A DNA stretch of 25,561 nt from a virus. Lineage: Duplodnaviria > Caudoviricetes. Made by a program: the position numbers and the translations under genes. The stretch spans positions 1 through 25,561 of the IMG/VR virus record IMGVR_UViG_3300035157_000272, one strand, 5' to 3'. Below the pieces are notes generated by a model. The model made no database searches. It was not told the DNA's origin and was given only the letters and a program-made list of their open reading frames with translations. Of the stretch, positions 24,032 through 25,561 are shown one piece after another (position 1 is the stretch's first letter; each line of letters opens with the position of its first letter).

Positions 24032-24532
24032 CTATTTTATTGTAAGCTCTGTTACGAATTGAGTCGTAGCTGAAGTATTAGCACCACCTGCTGCTACACT
24101 AGCAAAAGTGTGAGCACTAGTTACTTGACCAGCAAGGTCACCAGTAGTTCCAGCAGCAGTACTGCTAATGTCACCAAAGTTTTGAGATGCACCAACTGTT
24201 ACAGCGTTACCTGGAATAGCGTCAGCTTGAGTGTACGACTGGGCAAAGCTGAATGCTGCACCAGCAGTGTCTTGTGTCGCTGCAATAGTTCCTGGTGAAT
24301 AAACACCTGATGCTATAGTACCAGCTGACACAGTACCAGCCGTCGTTCCATCGGTGGTATCAATATTTGAGCCACTTATAGCGAAAGATGATCCAATTCG
24401 TTCGGCTGTTGTATGAGCACCACCTACACTGAGTTGGACACTAGAAGCGAATCTAGATGTGATGTCTGCTCTAGCTTCACCTACAGCGACACCACCCATC
24501 AATAGCATAATAACAGGTAAAAATCTTTTCAT
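24032..24532 (-). CDS. secreted Gly/Ala/Thr/Ser-rich beta-type protein
   Basis: signal peptide MKRFLPVIMLLMGGVAVGEARA; terminal strands SSVQLSV and TTQFVTELTIK. Confidence 0.85.
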   Translation of the reverse strand: MKRFLPVIMLLMGGVAVGEARADITSRFASSVQLSVGGAHTTAERIGSSFAISGSNIDTTDGTTAGTVSAGTIASGVYSPGTIAATQDTAGAAFSFAQSYTQADAIPGNAVTVGASQNFGDISSTAAGTTGDLAGQVTSAHTFASVAAGGANTSATTQFVTELTIK

Positions 24533-24553
24533 ATTCTGACACTGTACCTCTAC

Positions 24554-24569
24554 TATATAGGTGTTTATA
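24554..24569 (-). promoter_or_regulatory. possible late-promoter variants for the minus-strand operon
   Basis: TATAAACA and CTATATA upstream of a GAGG SD; each one mismatch from TATAAATA / CTAAATA. Confidence 0.35.
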
Positions 24570-24621
24570 ACCGTCAGAACGTGTACGTTAAATCACACTT
24601 CCGAAAACCTTAAGATTGTGG

Positions 24622-24628
24622 TTAAATA
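24622..24628 (+). promoter_or_regulatory. late promoter variant TTAAATA for hsp20
   Basis: directly precedes the structured hsp20 leader. Confidence 0.5.
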
Positions 24629-24683
24629 ATAGTGTCGCCATAAAGGGACACACACTAAACCTAGCTTATTAAAGGAGGCTATT

Positions 24684-25124
24684 ATGACTAACCTTACACG
24701 TTACAGTAGTGCAGATATTCCAGCACTAATGGAAAAGATTACAAAAAATAGTATCGGACTCGATAACTATTTTGATGACTTCTTCAAAATCCAAACACCA
24801 TCCAACTATCCACCTTACAATTTAGTTCAGTTAAATAACCATGAATCAAGATTGGAGGTAGCACTTGCAGGGTTTAAGAAGGATGAAGTTAAAGTCTATA
24901 CAGAGTTTGGAAAACTACATGTCGAAGGCATCAAAGAAGAAAAGGAAGCAGATGGAGAGTATCAGCACAGGGGCTTGGCACAACGTTCATTCAAACGCAC
25001 TTGGACACTCAGCGAAGATTGCGAAGTTCGACAGGTCGCATTTGAAGATGGACTCCTCACCGTGGAGTTAGGAAAAGTTGTTCCTGAGAAACATGCTCGT
25101 AAGGATTACTTGACAGGAGATTAA
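24684..25124 (+). CDS. hsp20: small heat shock protein Hsp20 (IbpA-like)
   Basis: NYPPYNL, LEVALAGF, HRGLAQRSF, DGLL; SD AAGGAGG. Confidence 0.95.
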   Translation: MTNLTRYSSADIPALMEKITKNSIGLDNYFDDFFKIQTPSNYPPYNLVQLNNHESRLEVALAGFKKDEVKVYTEFGKLHVEGIKEEKEADGEYQHRGLAQRSFKRTWTLSEDCEVRQVAFEDGLLTVELGKVVPEKHARKDYLTGD

Positions 25125-25138
25125 GATAAGTTTAAAAT
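25109..25138 (+). promoter_or_regulatory. pstS promoter: TTGACA-N17-TAAAAT overlapped by Pho-box-like repeats
   Basis: TTGA 25110, TTAA 25121, TTAA 25132 at 11-bp spacing; -35 at 25110-25115, -10 at 25133-25138. Confidence 0.65.
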
Positions 25139-25171
25139 GCTCTATATAAAAGAGCCCTTAAGCGGATCCTA

Positions 25172-25561
25172 ATGAAAAGGCTTATCGCATTAGCAGCACT
25201 TGCTGCCCTAACAGTACCTGGTTGTGCCGAGGCACGGACTAGACTTTCGGGAGCAGGTGCTTCTTTTCCATCTAAGATTTATCAAAGATGGTTTTCTGAC
25301 TATGCGAAGTCAGGAGGTAACAGAGTAAACTATCAAGCAGTTGGTAGTGGCTCAGGTAGAAAAGCATTCTTAGATGAAACAGTAGACTTCGGTGCTTCCG
25401 ATGATCCTATGAAGGATGCAGACATTGCTAAATCAAAACGAGGTCTAGTTCAGATACCTATGACAGGAGGCACGATTGCTTTCGGTTATAATATGCCTGG
25501 TTGTGATTTAAAACTTACACAAGAGCAAGCAGTGCAGGTTGCTATTGGTGAGATAAACAAC
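25172..25561 (+). CDS. pstS: phosphate-binding protein PstS, 3' truncated (not in ORF track)
   Basis: MKRLIALAALAAL...LSGAGASFP...VNYQAVGSGSG...VDFGASD. Confidence 0.95.
   Translation, partial: MKRLIALAALAALTVPGCAEARTRLSGAGASFPSKIYQRWFSDYAKSGGNRVNYQAVGSGSGRKAFLDETVDFGASDDPMKDADIAKSKRGLVQIPMTGGTIAFGYNMPGCDLKLTQEQAVQVAIGEINN

Noticed and set aside
22855-24298. Plus-strand ORFs opposite the minus-strand operon
   Set aside because: Antisense shadows of genes with clear signal peptides
1-25561. CRISPR array, transposase, intron, intein or homing endonuclease
   Set aside because: No repeat-spacer array seen; core genes are uninterrupted and of normal length; no HNH, GIY-YIG or LAGLIDADG motifs recognised

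Overview
AT-rich, gene-dense segment of a T4-like marine cyanomyovirus, probably a Prochlorococcus/Synechococcus phage. In order it carries the 3' part of an atypical tRNA, an NtcA-boxed CX3C-X6-CX3C microprotein, g3-uvsY-uvsW, g55, g47/g46, a VWA protein-pcyA-cobS block, g45/g44, an accessory insert (purS, 2OG-Fe(II) oxygenase, carbamoyltransferase, purN, dam), g62, regA, a 4.5 kb cluster of ten genes that mostly encode membrane or secreted proteins, hsp20 and the start of pstS. The main unexpected signal is a layer of apparently overprinted genes inside core replication genes: a lipoprotein and an antisense single-TM protein in uvsW, a 2-TM protein in g47, a signal-peptide protein in cobS, two soluble ORFs in g44 and a single-TM protein in dam. 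Each coincides with a local shift in the host gene's synonymous codon usage. The regA-hsp20 cluster also looks like an uncharacterised envelope system, and its putative outer-membrane subunit gene overlaps its neighbours at both ends. Family calls come from recalled motifs, not searches, and codon counts are approximate hand counts.
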